DNA of 64,000 nucleotides from an uncultured delta proteobacterium (GCA_963713045.1 CAVQKE010000006.1:256001-320000), one strand, 5' to 3'. Numbered from the stretch's first letter, positions 1-9,148 are shown. Notes: generated from the sequence alone by a model not told the origin. Program-made: numbers and translations.

Positions 1-410
1 GCCATGGCTTGAGCTTCGTCCAGCAGCTGGGAGCGACCGAGTCCGGAGTCCGGAGTTGCCAAGTCGGCGCGCAGCAGTTTCACGGCGACTTTCCTATCCA
101 GCTCCGGGTCATAGGCGCTGTACACCACCCCCATGCCGCCGCGCCCAATCGGGTCGATGACGACATAGCGCGACAGATTGGTGCCTCGGGGGAGCGACCG
201 GTCCGGCGCCTCGTCCGGCTCCGCACTCACCAACGTCCGCACCAGCCCCGCCACCAGCTCCCGACACACGTCGCAGGTGTCGAGGTGGGCCCGGACTACC
301 TCCCGCTCCTCGTCCCGCGTTTCGGCCGCGAGGTACAAGGCGACGCCGTTTTCATCGAGGCACGGGATGGAAACTGGGTCTCCCGAGTGCTCGTCCGCTG
401 AAGTGCTCAT
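1..410 (-). CDS. Ser/Thr protein kinase with N-terminal zinc-finger anti-sigma (ZAS, HxxxCxxC) domain; partial, runs off the window edge
   Basis: Not in the ORF track; manual translation from ATG 410 gives MSTSADEH...RAHLDTCDVCRELV...RYVVIDPIGRGGMGVVYSAYDPELDRKVAVKLL (Hanks kinase subdomains I-II). ATGA overlap with the upstream gene's stop. Confidence 0.88.
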   Translation of the reverse strand, partial: MSTSADEHSGDPVSIPCLDENGVALYLAAETRDEEREVVRAHLDTCDVCRELVAGLVRTLVSAEPDEAPDRSLPRGTNLSRYVVIDPIGRGGMGVVYSAYDPELDRKVAVKLLRADLATPDSGLGRSQLLDEAQAM

Positions 411-1072
411 TGCGGCTCGTATCCGGCCCGCGCCCGGTATGGGCGGCCGAACTTGTCGAGGTGGGTGGGGTTGAAGACGCGGGGGTTGAGAGCCAGCTCA
501 AGGGGCTTGGTTGGCTTGTTCTCCCCGACGGTGACCTCGGTCTCAAACGGCTCGACGGTACGCCCCCAGGCATGCAGTGGGTAATGGCCCGGTGGCACGT
601 CGTGGATGACGAAGTGCCCGTGCTCGTCCACCAAGGCGAAGGCCCGGTTGGGCAACACCAGCACGTTGGCAAACATCGTTTCGTGGATGTTGCAGTAGAC
701 GTCCACCAGCCCTGGGGTGGGGAAAGACACTTCGCGGGTTTGACCTGGCCCAGGCTTTCCCAGGTCAAAGGCCCGTGCCGCGGAGGTAGAGAAGACGTTG
801 TGCACCACCGGGTCATCGTTGGTGAATTGCACCGACTGCCCAGCGACGATGACGCGAAGGCTGGGGACAAACGTCTTATTTTTTTGAGAGATGGACGGCG
901 AGCCTGGAAGGGGCGGCTGACGAAACCCGGTGAGGTACACCACAATTGGCTGTTGTGCGCCGGCAGCTTCGCCCGCAGGGCCAGCGAAGCGGACAGAGCC
1001 CTCTACGTCAGCCGCCGCAGCGGGCAGGGCCACGCTTCCCGCCAGCAAGACGGCTAGAAGGTAATGCCCCAC
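407..1072 (-). CDS. Secreted cupredoxin-like protein with carboxypeptidase-regulatory-like C-terminal domain
   Basis: Signal peptide, DPVVHNVFS, YCNIHETM (C-x2-H-x2-M), VPPGHYPLHAW; GTG start at 1072 chosen. Confidence 0.75.
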   Translation of the reverse strand: MGHYLLAVLLAGSVALPAAAADVEGSVRFAGPAGEAAGAQQPIVVYLTGFRQPPLPGSPSISQKNKTFVPSLRVIVAGQSVQFTNDDPVVHNVFSTSAARAFDLGKPGPGQTREVSFPTPGLVDVYCNIHETMFANVLVLPNRAFALVDEHGHFVIHDVPPGHYPLHAWGRTVEPFETEVTVGENKPTKPLELALNPRVFNPTHLDKFGRPYRARAGYEPQ

Positions 1073-1860
1073 AGGACTTTCGGAAGGAAGCGGTTGGAAT
1101 TGTTGGTCAGGCCGAAGAGCGTCCCAAAGGTGACCCAAATTTGCCCGCGCGTCCAAGCGACGGAGGGCCCAAGAAAGAGCTGTGCGAGGTTGGGGTAGGG
1201 GTAGGGATAAGGGTATTCGACCCGCGTGTACGCCAAGGGCAGCTGACCGTCGAGCTCGGCCGCCAGCCGAAACTCCTGCCCCACGGGCACGGAGACCCCC
1301 ACCGCAGCTGTGCCAAGCGCAAAGAAGTGCCCCGAGGAGGAGGCAACTAGCTTCGGGAAACCGAGCTGCACGCCGACATTGAGCGTTCCTTGGACGCCTT
1401 TGGGGCTTCCATAGGTGGCGACCAGGAGCACTTTGAGCTCCGGAGGGCCGACGTAGCTGCTGAGCGGCTGTTGGTACTCGACGCGGAGCAGGGGCTGCAG
1501 GCCCTCTTCCTGCTCACGAGGAAAGAGGCGGTAGCGCGCGACGAGGCTGATGGAGTCGAGGTACACTTTGTTTGGGTAGCCCACCACCACCAGCGGAAGC
1601 GACATCTCAAGGTGCGGGCTAATCCCCACCGTGGGGCCGAACCAAATCCAATTGGTGACAGGAAGTCCCGGCGTGGACGGAATCTGTCCTTGCGACCACA
1701 CCCAGTTCTCTAACTCGACGTCTCCCTCCGGGAGAATTTGCGTTTCGTCGACGAAGAGGTGGCTGGTTCGGTCGGCGAAAGCAGAAGGGGCACCAAGCGC
1801 GAGCGCCAAAAGAAGAGCCCGGCCAGCGCGGAAGCCGACGCGTGCGCGCCACCTCGCCAT
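1054..1860 (-). CDS. Putative outer-membrane beta-barrel protein
   Basis: GGAGG RBS, signal peptide ending in A-F-A, alternating hydrophobic beta strands, C-terminal ...LWGITF (terminal Phe). Confidence 0.6.
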   Translation of the reverse strand: MARWRARVGFRAGRALLLALALGAPSAFADRTSHLFVDETQILPEGDVELENWVWSQGQIPSTPGLPVTNWIWFGPTVGISPHLEMSLPLVVVGYPNKVYLDSISLVARYRLFPREQEEGLQPLLRVEYQQPLSSYVGPPELKVLLVATYGSPKGVQGTLNVGVQLGFPKLVASSSGHFFALGTAAVGVSVPVGQEFRLAAELDGQLPLAYTRVEYPYPYPYPNLAQLFLGPSVAWTRGQIWVTFGTLFGLTNNSNRFLPKVLWGITF

Positions 1861-1987
1861 GTTGCCTCCGGCTGGCACGTTGTTGCGGACTCGTCCGAGG
1901 AAGGCAGAAGCCGCCCGACTGACCAGCGCGGCGCATGCTAACCGAGGTGGCCGTCGAAGGTGAGACGCGCGCGACGAGGAGCGTCGG

Positions 1988-2722
1988 TTAACTCGGGGCG
2001 CCCGAAGCGGCCGCCAAGCTTTCGCTGAGCCAGCGTCGGGCGGCCGCGGTGTCCACACCCAGCGTCTCGAAGCCTGGGAAGACGACGCTTTGGAGCGTCT
2101 CGACGTACACCTGCTTTCGCATCGCCTGGGGAACGACGCCCTGCCGCAGCAACTCCGGGTCATCCGCTGCCGCCTCCGCAGCGGTGAAGATTTCTGGACC
2201 GGCACTGCCCTCAATCATCCCCGGCAGCAGCGGTCCCAAAAAGCTGAAGTCCACGCGTGGTCGAGCCCAGGCGAGGTAGGCCCACCCCAGGCGGCTGTGG
2301 TGGACTTCGTCTCGCGCGAGCTCATGCAGGACGGCCTTCAGCTCCCGGCTACCGGCACCTTCGAGAAGCGTCACCAGACTCGCCATGCTTTGCGTCTCGG
2401 CGACGCAACACTGCGCGACCACCTCATAGGTGAGACGCTCGCGTTCCGCCCAGGTTTTCGGGGCGTATTCGACGACGCGGTCGACGGCGGTCAGCTGGGC
2501 GCCACCGACTTCGCGGAAGATGCGCTCACAGTGCGCCGCGTGGCGCGTCTCGTCCTTGGAAGCGCGCTCGGCCAATTCAAAGACCGCCCGCGGTGCGCCA
2601 AAGGCCTCCAGCCGGTGGGACAAAACGCCGAAGCGAAGCGACGCTTCAGTTTCAATTCGGTAGCGGAGGCCCCAGGTGCGAGCGACCACCTGCTGCAGCG
2701 GCGGCCCCAACGGTGGCTTCAC
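1988..2722 (-). CDS. Ferritin-like diiron domain protein (cytoplasmic)
   Basis: Two DExxH motifs (DETRH, DEVHH) plus helix Glu residues (ETEA, VAETQS); no signal peptide. Confidence 0.8.
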   Translation of the reverse strand: MKPPLGPPLQQVVARTWGLRYRIETEASLRFGVLSHRLEAFGAPRAVFELAERASKDETRHAAHCERIFREVGGAQLTAVDRVVEYAPKTWAERERLTYEVVAQCCVAETQSMASLVTLLEGAGSRELKAVLHELARDEVHHSRLGWAYLAWARPRVDFSFLGPLLPGMIEGSAGPEIFTAAEAAADDPELLRQGVVPQAMRKQVYVETLQSVVFPGFETLGVDTAAARRWLSESLAAASGAPS

Positions 2723-2913
2723 CAGCCGCCCGGGCCTCCCGGCATTCCAGGGTTACCCGACGTCCCGCCGTCCGCCACGCCGCCGTCTGGAAGCGTCGTG
2801 CCGCCGGTGGTGGTTCCTCCGGTGGGGTCAGTCGTTGTACCGCCGCCACAGTGCGTGACGCCGAGGGCCGTGCCCGCGAGCACCAGCGCATGGAACAATT
2901 TCTTCAGTTTCAC
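2719..2913 (-). CDS. 64-aa Gly/Thr-rich secreted peptide or lipopeptide ending GGPGGW
   Basis: GGAGG RBS 7 nt before GTG; MKLKKLFHALVLAGTALGVTHC leader; GTGA overlap with the ferritin-like gene. Confidence 0.75.
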   Translation of the reverse strand: MKLKKLFHALVLAGTALGVTHCGGGTTTDPTGGTTTGGTTLPDGGVADGGTSGNPGMPGGPGGW

Positions 2914-3057
2914 GTGTCTGCCTCCTCGAAACTGCAATCTGTTCCCTAAGACACCAACCGCAGGAGCCGTTGCAGGTTTCGCGGCAAAAGTGCTTGCCAA
3001 GACCCGTCAGACGCGGAATAGCGCTTTGTTAGTCATTTTGCCTACCGGGGGTCCTGT

Positions 3058-3774
3058 ATGACGGCGTTGAGTCGGGTTGCTGTGTGCTTTTTTACACTCT
3101 CCGCCGCCGTGGCATCGGCGCAGTACCAGCCGTTTCCACAAGCACCGCTCCCGCCCCCCGCCCCGACTGCGGCGGCGGCCAACACTGCGGTGGCAATTAC
3201 CCAAGCCCGCCAGCGAAACGCGCAGTTGATGCAGCGCTACAGCTGGAACGAGCGCATCGACGTCCAACAAGGCGGCCAGCAAAAGGACCTCCGCATCGAG
3301 GTGTGCACCTTTCTGGGCGGTATGAAGCAGTGCACCGTGCAGAACGACCAGCATGCACCGCTGCCGGGCGGTTTCTTCCGGCGGAATGCGGCCGAGAACA
3401 AAATCAAGGACTTTGAGAATTACCTGAAGGGCCTGAAGGCGGTTCTCGACCAGTACACGCTGCCAACGGCCGGGGCCATTCTCAACTTCCTCACCACCGC
3501 GCAGACGATGGGCCCCGGGCCCGAGGGTTACTTGACGACGGCCGGCAGCAACGTCGTCCAACCCAATGACTCACTCACCATTTGGACCAACGCCACCACC
3601 CGCCAGCCGGCCCGGATGTCCATCAACACCTACTACCAGGGGCAGGCAGTCCAGGTCACCGCCACCTTCCAGACCTTGCCCTCAGGGCTGAACTACATGA
3701 ATTACTGCACGGTGGAAGTGCCCGCCCAGCAGTTGCAGCTGATGATTCAGAACTTCGACTTCGTTCCGAACTGA
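3058..3774 (+). CDS. Secreted hypothetical protein
   Basis: Signal peptide (ASA-Q), Pro-rich linker, coding-like composition. Confidence 0.7.
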   Translation: MTALSRVAVCFFTLSAAVASAQYQPFPQAPLPPPAPTAAAANTAVAITQARQRNAQLMQRYSWNERIDVQQGGQQKDLRIEVCTFLGGMKQCTVQNDQHAPLPGGFFRRNAAENKIKDFENYLKGLKAVLDQYTLPTAGAILNFLTTAQTMGPGPEGYLTTAGSNVVQPNDSLTIWTNATTRQPARMSINTYYQGQAVQVTATFQTLPSGLNYMNYCTVEVPAQQLQLMIQNFDFVPN

Positions 3775-3778
3775 CGCC

Positions 3779-4186
3779 TCAGGCGCAAGCCATTCCCAGC
3801 TGCAGCTGCGCCTGGTGCACATGCTGCAGCAGCCGGGGGATGTCGATGGGCTTCTCCAGTCTCCCCACCACCAGCGGGTGGTGAGCTGCGGCCTGCTCGA
3901 CGCGCGCGCTGGCGGACACCAGAACGACGCGGAGGAAGGTGGCGGCGCGAGGGTGCAGCTGGGCGAGCATCTCGACGCCATTTCTCCCGGGCAGCATCAT
4001 GTCCAGCACCACCACCACCGGCTCGGCCACCAGCCGCAGCAGCGTCGCGGCCTCCTCGGCGTCGCAAGCCGTGAGAACGGTGTGGCCGACCGCCTCCAGC
4101 TGCTCGCGCAGAAACGTCCGGACGAGTGCATCATCGTCGACGACGAGTAGCACCGAGAAGTCTGGGTCAGCCTCGGCCGGAGACAT
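3779..4186 (-). CDS. Single-domain response regulator receiver
   Basis: LLVVDDD, VVLDMMLPGRNG, LEKP motifs. Confidence 0.88.
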   Translation of the reverse strand: MSPAEADPDFSVLLVVDDDALVRTFLREQLEAVGHTVLTACDAEEAATLLRLVAEPVVVVLDMMLPGRNGVEMLAQLHPRAATFLRVVLVSASARVEQAAAHHPLVVGRLEKPIDIPRLLQHVHQAQLQLGMACA

Positions 4187-4441
4187 TTGACGAAAGTCTA
4201 GCTCGGTCCTTCGTATCCGCGCGAGGAAGCGCCAGTCTGGGGCTTCACCTGCCGGGCGCAGCTCTGCGTGTTGGACCTACGTTTGCGCGCACCGGAGTGC
4301 CCACTCGACAGGGCCTCCGCGCCGCTGCTTTGGGCGCCACCGCAGCGGCGCGCGCGGACGGTTGGTGCCTTTTCGTGCGCCCGGGTGGAATAGATTGCGC
4401 CCGGCCGGGGGCTCGGTGCCCGTCCTCAAGAGGATCCGCTC

Positions 4442-7366
4442 ATGGAAAAGAGGGTTTCGCGCGAGCCGTTTGCACTGGCCGTCGTCGCAGCACCAGCGTC
4501 GGACCGGGCTCCGGACGCGCTGGCCGCGGGGACGCCGGCGTCTCTCCGGGACGACTTGGAAACTCTGCTGGGTGCCGAGCGCGTCCTCAGCCGGCCCATT
4601 GACTTGCTCCGCTACGCCTCGGACGCGAGTCCCTACCGCTTGTTTCCGAAGGCCGTCATCATCGCCCAGGACGTCGAGGACGTGCGCAAACTCTTCGAAT
4701 ACGCGCGGACCTGGGGCGAGTCCGTCACCTTTCGCGCTGCGGGGACGAGCCTCAGCGGTCAGTCTCAAAGCGACGGCCTCCTGGTCGACGTCCGACGCCA
4801 TTGGGCCGGGGTGACGGTGGAAGCCGGCGGTCGGAGGCTGCGCGCCCGTCCGGGAACGGTCATGGCGCATGCCAACGCCGCGCTTCACCGGTACGGGACG
4901 CGGCTTGGGCCGGACCCAGCGAGCAGCAATGCCTGCACGGTTGGGGGCGTCATTGCCAACAACTCGAGCGGCATGTGCTGCGGGACAGTGCAGAACACCT
5001 ACAAGACGCTGGCGTCGCTGACCTTTCTTTTGCCCTCTGGGACGCTCATCGACACCGCAGCCCCCTCCGCCGAGCGCCGCTTCGCCGAGGGGGAGCCCGC
5101 GTTGGCGCGCGGACTGTTGGACATCAAGGCGGAGATTGAGGCTGACCCGCAGCTGGTGGCTCGCCTGCGGAGGAAGTTCGCCATCAAAAACACCACCGGA
5201 TACCGGATGGATGCCTTCCTCGACGGCGGGACGCCGTTGGAGATTTTCCGCGGCCTCCTCGTCGGCTCGGAGGGGACGCTGGCCTTCCTCAGCGAGGCCG
5301 TCTTCGACACGGTGCCCGACGACCGCTACCGACTGACCGCGATGCTCGTCTTCCCGGACCTTCACGCGGCGAGCAGTGCGGTGAAGCCCTTCGTCGACCG
5401 AGGCGCGGCGGCGGTGGAACTCCTCGACCGCGCTTCACTTCGCTCGGTGGAGGGCAAGCCAGGGGTGCCGCCACGCTGGAGCGCGCTTCCCGAAGGTGCG
5501 GCGGCGCTGCTGGTGGAGTTTCGCGAGCCGGACGCGGCTCGGTTGGCGCGCGTGGAAGGCGAGGCGCAGGCCCTCCTGGCCGAGCTTCCTCTCGCCGAGC
5601 CGGCGCGCTTCACTCCCGATGCGGCGCTGGCCCGACAGTACTGGCAGGTGCGCTCCGGGCTCCTCCCTTCGGTGGGTGGCGCACGGCCGAGTGGCGCTTC
5701 CTTCATTCTGGAGGACGTTTGCTTTCCGCCGGAGCGACTCGCCGACGGGACGCTCGACATCCAGGCGCTTTTCCGCAAGCACGGCTACGCGGGCGTCATT
5801 TTTGGCCACGCCTCGGCCGGCAACCTTCACTTCCTCATTACGCCGTCACTCAATCAGCCAAAGGACGTCCGGCGCTACGCCAGCTTCATGAGCGACTTGG
5901 TGACGCTGGTGGTGGACAAGTACGAGGGTTCACTCAAGGCCGAACACGGGACTGGCCGCAACATGGCCCCGTTTGTTGAAAAGGAGTGGGGTGCCAAGCT
6001 GACCGGGATGATGTGGCGGGTGAAGCGTCTGGCCGACCCAGACGGGCTTCTGTCACCGGGAGTCCTGCTGACCGCCGACCCGGAGGGCCACCTCAAGCAC
6101 CTGCACACCACGCCTTCGGTGGAGGCGGTGGTGGACCGCTGCATTGAATGTGGCTTCTGTGAACCGGTTTGCCCCAGCCGCGACCTCACCACCACCCCCC
6201 GGCAGCGCATTGCGCTCCGGCGCGAGATGGCTCGCCAGCCCGAAGACTCAGCAGTCCGGGAGGCGGTGTTACGCGACTACCCGTACGAGGCAGTGGAGAC
6301 GTGCGCCGGTGACGGCAGCTGTGGCCTGGTCTGCCCGGTGGGCATCGACACCGGCGTGTTGATGAAGCAGTTTCGCCACCTCGAGCACACTCTTTTGGAG
6401 GAGCGCGTCGCGCTCCGCCTAGCCGAGCGCTGGGGGGAGGTGGAGGCAGTTGCCCGCCGCGCCGTTCAACTCGGTGGGGTGATTGGCCCGCGGGCGATGA
6501 ATCTTCTCACCCGGCTGGCACGCACCGTGCTCAACAAGGACTTGGTGCCGGAATGGCTTCCGGTGATGCCCAAAGCCGCGAAGGCGGAGCTGCCGGCCAC
6601 CGACTCAGCAACGGCGAAGGCGGTGTACTTCCCGGCGTGCGTCAACCGCATCTTTGGAGGTGCGGCGGGCAGCTCCGCGGGCCCAAGCTTGCCGGAGGCG
6701 CTGGTGGCGGTCTCTCAGCGCGCCGGGGTCCCGCTATGGATTCCCAAGGATGTGGTGGGGAACTGCTGCGCCACGGTTTGGCACTCCAAGGGCTACCATC
6801 AGGGCAACGCGTGGATGGCCAACCGGGTGGTGGAGAGCCTCTGGCGGTGGAGCCGGGAGGGCGCGCTCAGCATCGTGGTGGACGCCACCTCCTGTACCCA
6901 TGGCCTGGTGGACGACGTGAAGGGGGACCTCACCGAGGAAAACCGCGAGCGCCACAGCCGGCTGCGCATTCTCGACGCCGTGGCCTGGGTGCATGACGAG
7001 GTGCTGCCGCGGCTTGTCCCGACGCGAAAGGTGGAGTCCGTCGTCCTCCACCCGGGCTGCTCGGCACAGCACCTCGGGCTGTCCGGCAAGCTGCAGGCCA
7101 TTGCCAACGTACTGGCCGAGGAAGCGCTGGTGCCGGTGCACGCTGGCTGCTGCGGCTTCGCCGGAGACCGGGGCTTCCTCCACCCAGAACTTACCCGGGC
7201 AGCGACCGCCGATGAAGCGGCGGAGGTGGCCGGGCGCACCTTCAGCGCCTACTTGGGCACCAACCGGATGTGTGAGGTGGGGATGCAGTCCGCCACCGGG
7301 GCGCGGTACCGCTCCTTCGTTTACCTCCTGGAGGAGTTGACGCGGCCTGAATCCACCGCCGCCTAG
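4442..7366 (+). CDS. FAD-binding and 4Fe-4S-binding oxidoreductase (D-lactate dehydrogenase / GlcD-GlcF fusion type)
   Basis: FRAAGTSLSGQ, GSEGTL, KAEHGTGRN, CIECGFCEPVCP, CCG domains. Confidence 0.9.
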   Translation: MEKRVSREPFALAVVAAPASDRAPDALAAGTPASLRDDLETLLGAERVLSRPIDLLRYASDASPYRLFPKAVIIAQDVEDVRKLFEYARTWGESVTFRAAGTSLSGQSQSDGLLVDVRRHWAGVTVEAGGRRLRARPGTVMAHANAALHRYGTRLGPDPASSNACTVGGVIANNSSGMCCGTVQNTYKTLASLTFLLPSGTLIDTAAPSAERRFAEGEPALARGLLDIKAEIEADPQLVARLRRKFAIKNTTGYRMDAFLDGGTPLEIFRGLLVGSEGTLAFLSEAVFDTVPDDRYRLTAMLVFPDLHAASSAVKPFVDRGAAAVELLDRASLRSVEGKPGVPPRWSALPEGAAALLVEFREPDAARLARVEGEAQALLAELPLAEPARFTPDAALARQYWQVRSGLLPSVGGARPSGASFILEDVCFPPERLADGTLDIQALFRKHGYAGVIFGHASAGNLHFLITPSLNQPKDVRRYASFMSDLVTLVVDKYEGSLKAEHGTGRNMAPFVEKEWGAKLTGMMWRVKRLADPDGLLSPGVLLTADPEGHLKHLHTTPSVEAVVDRCIECGFCEPVCPSRDLTTTPRQRIALRREMARQPEDSAVREAVLRDYPYEAVETCAGDGSCGLVCPVGIDTGVLMKQFRHLEHTLLEERVALRLAERWGEVEAVARRAVQLGGVIGPRAMNLLTRLARTVLNKDLVPEWLPVMPKAAKAELPATDSATAKAVYFPACVNRIFGGAAGSSAGPSLPEALVAVSQRAGVPLWIPKDVVGNCCATVWHSKGYHQGNAWMANRVVESLWRWSREGALSIVVDATSCTHGLVDDVKGDLTEENRERHSRLRILDAVAWVHDEVLPRLVPTRKVESVVLHPGCSAQHLGLSGKLQAIANVLAEEALVPVHAGCCGFAGDRGFLHPELTRAATADEAAEVAGRTFSAYLGTNRMCEVGMQSATGARYRSFVYLLEELTRPESTAA

Positions 7367-7389
7367 CCCCGGACCTTCCTTCGTGGGCC

Positions 7390-7941
7390 CTACCCTGGGT
7401 TGGCCCGGAAGAACGTCTCTCGGTAGTAGCGAAGCTCGGCGATGCTGGCGCGGATGTCGGCCAGCGCGCGGTGGTTGGACTCGGGCTTCTGAAAGCCCGG
7501 GGATTCCGGGTACCAGGCACGCGTCAGCAGCTTGAGGCTGGAGACGTCCACCTGGCGGTAACTGAGGTAGCGCTCCACCAGCGGCATGTAGCGGGCCAGA
7601 AAGCGCCGGTCATGGTGGATGGTATTGCCCGCGAGAATGCCTTCGCCCGGGCCACAGTGTCTGGCCACCAAGTCGAAGAGGTCCCGCTCGGTTTCACGCA
7701 GCGAGAAGGGGGAGGTCCGAATGCGCTCGGTCAGGCCGCTCTTGGCGTGCATCTCGCGCACGATGGGCTCCATCCGCGCCAGGACTTCTTCCGGCTGCCA
7801 CACCACGCGCTCGAATTCGTCCACGGGTTCGAGTTGCGGGCCGGTGACCAGCGCCGCCACCTCGACGATGGCGGAAGTTTCCGGCTCGAGGCCGGTCATT
7901 TCCAAGTCCACCCAGAGAAAAACGGCAGAGGGTTTGGCCAT
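7390..7941 (-). CDS. orn: Oligoribonuclease
   Basis: WVDLEMTGL, LAGNTIHHDRRFL, HRALADI (DEDDh). Confidence 0.93.
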   Translation of the reverse strand: MAKPSAVFLWVDLEMTGLEPETSAIVEVAALVTGPQLEPVDEFERVVWQPEEVLARMEPIVREMHAKSGLTERIRTSPFSLRETERDLFDLVARHCGPGEGILAGNTIHHDRRFLARYMPLVERYLSYRQVDVSSLKLLTRAWYPESPGFQKPESNHRALADIRASIAELRYYRETFFRANPG

Positions 7942-7964
7942 CGCGGTCGCTCCTTACCACCTCT

Positions 7965-8384
7965 TCAGGGAGGCGAGGGCTGGAGCGCGGCGATGGCCGC
8001 GCGGGCTGCGTCCGGAATGCGCACCTTGGCCCCGGTGGCGTAGTTGAGAAGCACCACCACCGAGGTGCCGCGGGCCAGCAGCCGGTCGGCCGCCCCCACC
8101 GGCCACACGGCGTGCTCAAGCGTCAAGCTGGTGTTGCCCAACTTGGCCGCCCGGGCGCCCACCACCAAGCGAATGGGAAAGACGACTGGCTGCAGGTAGT
8201 CGCAGTGTGCCGCGGCGAGAATGGGGGCCACGCTGTCGCGCGGGTTCAGGGAAAGTCCCGCTGCCTGGAAGAAGGCGATGCGCGAGGACTCGAACCAGGT
8301 GAAGAAGCGGGCATTGTTGACGTGCCCGAAGGCATCCATCTCGCCCCAGTGGATGGGGAATTCGACCGTCACCGGGTAGCTCAT
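7965..8384 (-). CDS. Acyl-CoA thioesterase (4HBT/YbgC hot-dog family)
   Basis: WGEMDAFGHVNNARFFTWFE. Confidence 0.9.
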   Translation of the reverse strand: MSYPVTVEFPIHWGEMDAFGHVNNARFFTWFESSRIAFFQAAGLSLNPRDSVAPILAAAHCDYLQPVVFPIRLVVGARAAKLGNTSLTLEHAVWPVGAADRLLARGTSVVVLLNYATGAKVRIPDAARAAIAALQPSPP

Positions 8385-8440
8385 TCGGGCGGTCTACCCT
8401 GCAGCAAGTAGGCCGCAAGGGGAAGGGTTTAGTCTCTCTT

Positions 8441-9148
8441 GTGGTGCACACCAGGACGCCGCTCTCCGAGGTCCTTTCTGCCCATGGGGTGGTGCCGGAG
8501 CGCGCCATGGTGGACGCGGCCGCCGGCGAGGCGGTGCGTGGAAGCTGGTGGTCCCACTCTCAAAGCCACGCCATTTTTCGCGCCCTAGAAAGGCTACGGG
8601 AGGACCCGGATGCCTTCCTCTGCAAACTGGTCGATGGGAAGCAGACATATGTCCACCGCCGGCTTTGGCCCGCGCTGTTGCGCCTTCAGGCCGAAGCCTC
8701 GTTGTGGCCGGCGGTTTCCCCGGAGGCCCGGCGGCTGCTGCAGCGGATTGAGCGGGAGGGCGCTGTCCAGGCCACGGGCCGCCGTCGCCTGGAGCTGGAG
8801 CGGTCGCTGCGGGTGGTCGCGCGTTCGGTCCATACCCCCTCCGGCACGCACTGCGTGGTGCTGACTCCGTTCACCTCGCACTTCTCGCAGGCGGAGCAGG
8901 CGGCAGCCGCGCAGCTGACGCTGCAGGAGGCGCAAGCAGCGCTGCGCCTCGGGCGGGCGGGAGACGCCTCTCGGGGGCCGCCTCGGCCCTCGCCGAGGAG
9001 GGCTACAGGGCGGCGAGTGCGCGGGTCAACCGCTGGGCCGCCTCTTCCACAATCGGCTCCAGCTCCGGGCGCTTCACCACCTCGAACATCGCCCCGGGCT
9101 TCACGGCCTGCACCACCATCCGGCCGTCGTCCGCCTCGAAGACGGTGA
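8441..9148 (+). CDS. Hypothetical protein, possibly winged-helix/AlkZ-related; 3' end uncertain
   Basis: GSWWSH, CKLVDGKQTYVHRRLWPAL; low-complexity tail overlaps the convergent gene. Confidence 0.55.
   Translation: MVHTRTPLSEVLSAHGVVPERAMVDAAAGEAVRGSWWSHSQSHAIFRALERLREDPDAFLCKLVDGKQTYVHRRLWPALLRLQAEASLWPAVSPEARRLLQRIEREGAVQATGRRRLELERSLRVVARSVHTPSGTHCVVLTPFTSHFSQAEQAAAAQLTLQEAQAALRLGRAGDASRGPPRPSPRRATGRRVRGSTAGPPLPQSAPAPGASPPRTSPRASRPAPPSGRRPPRRR

Noticed and set aside
2981..3000. Sigma-54-like TTGGCA...TTGC on the minus strand
   Set aside because: The GG-GC spacing is 11 nt rather than the required 10.
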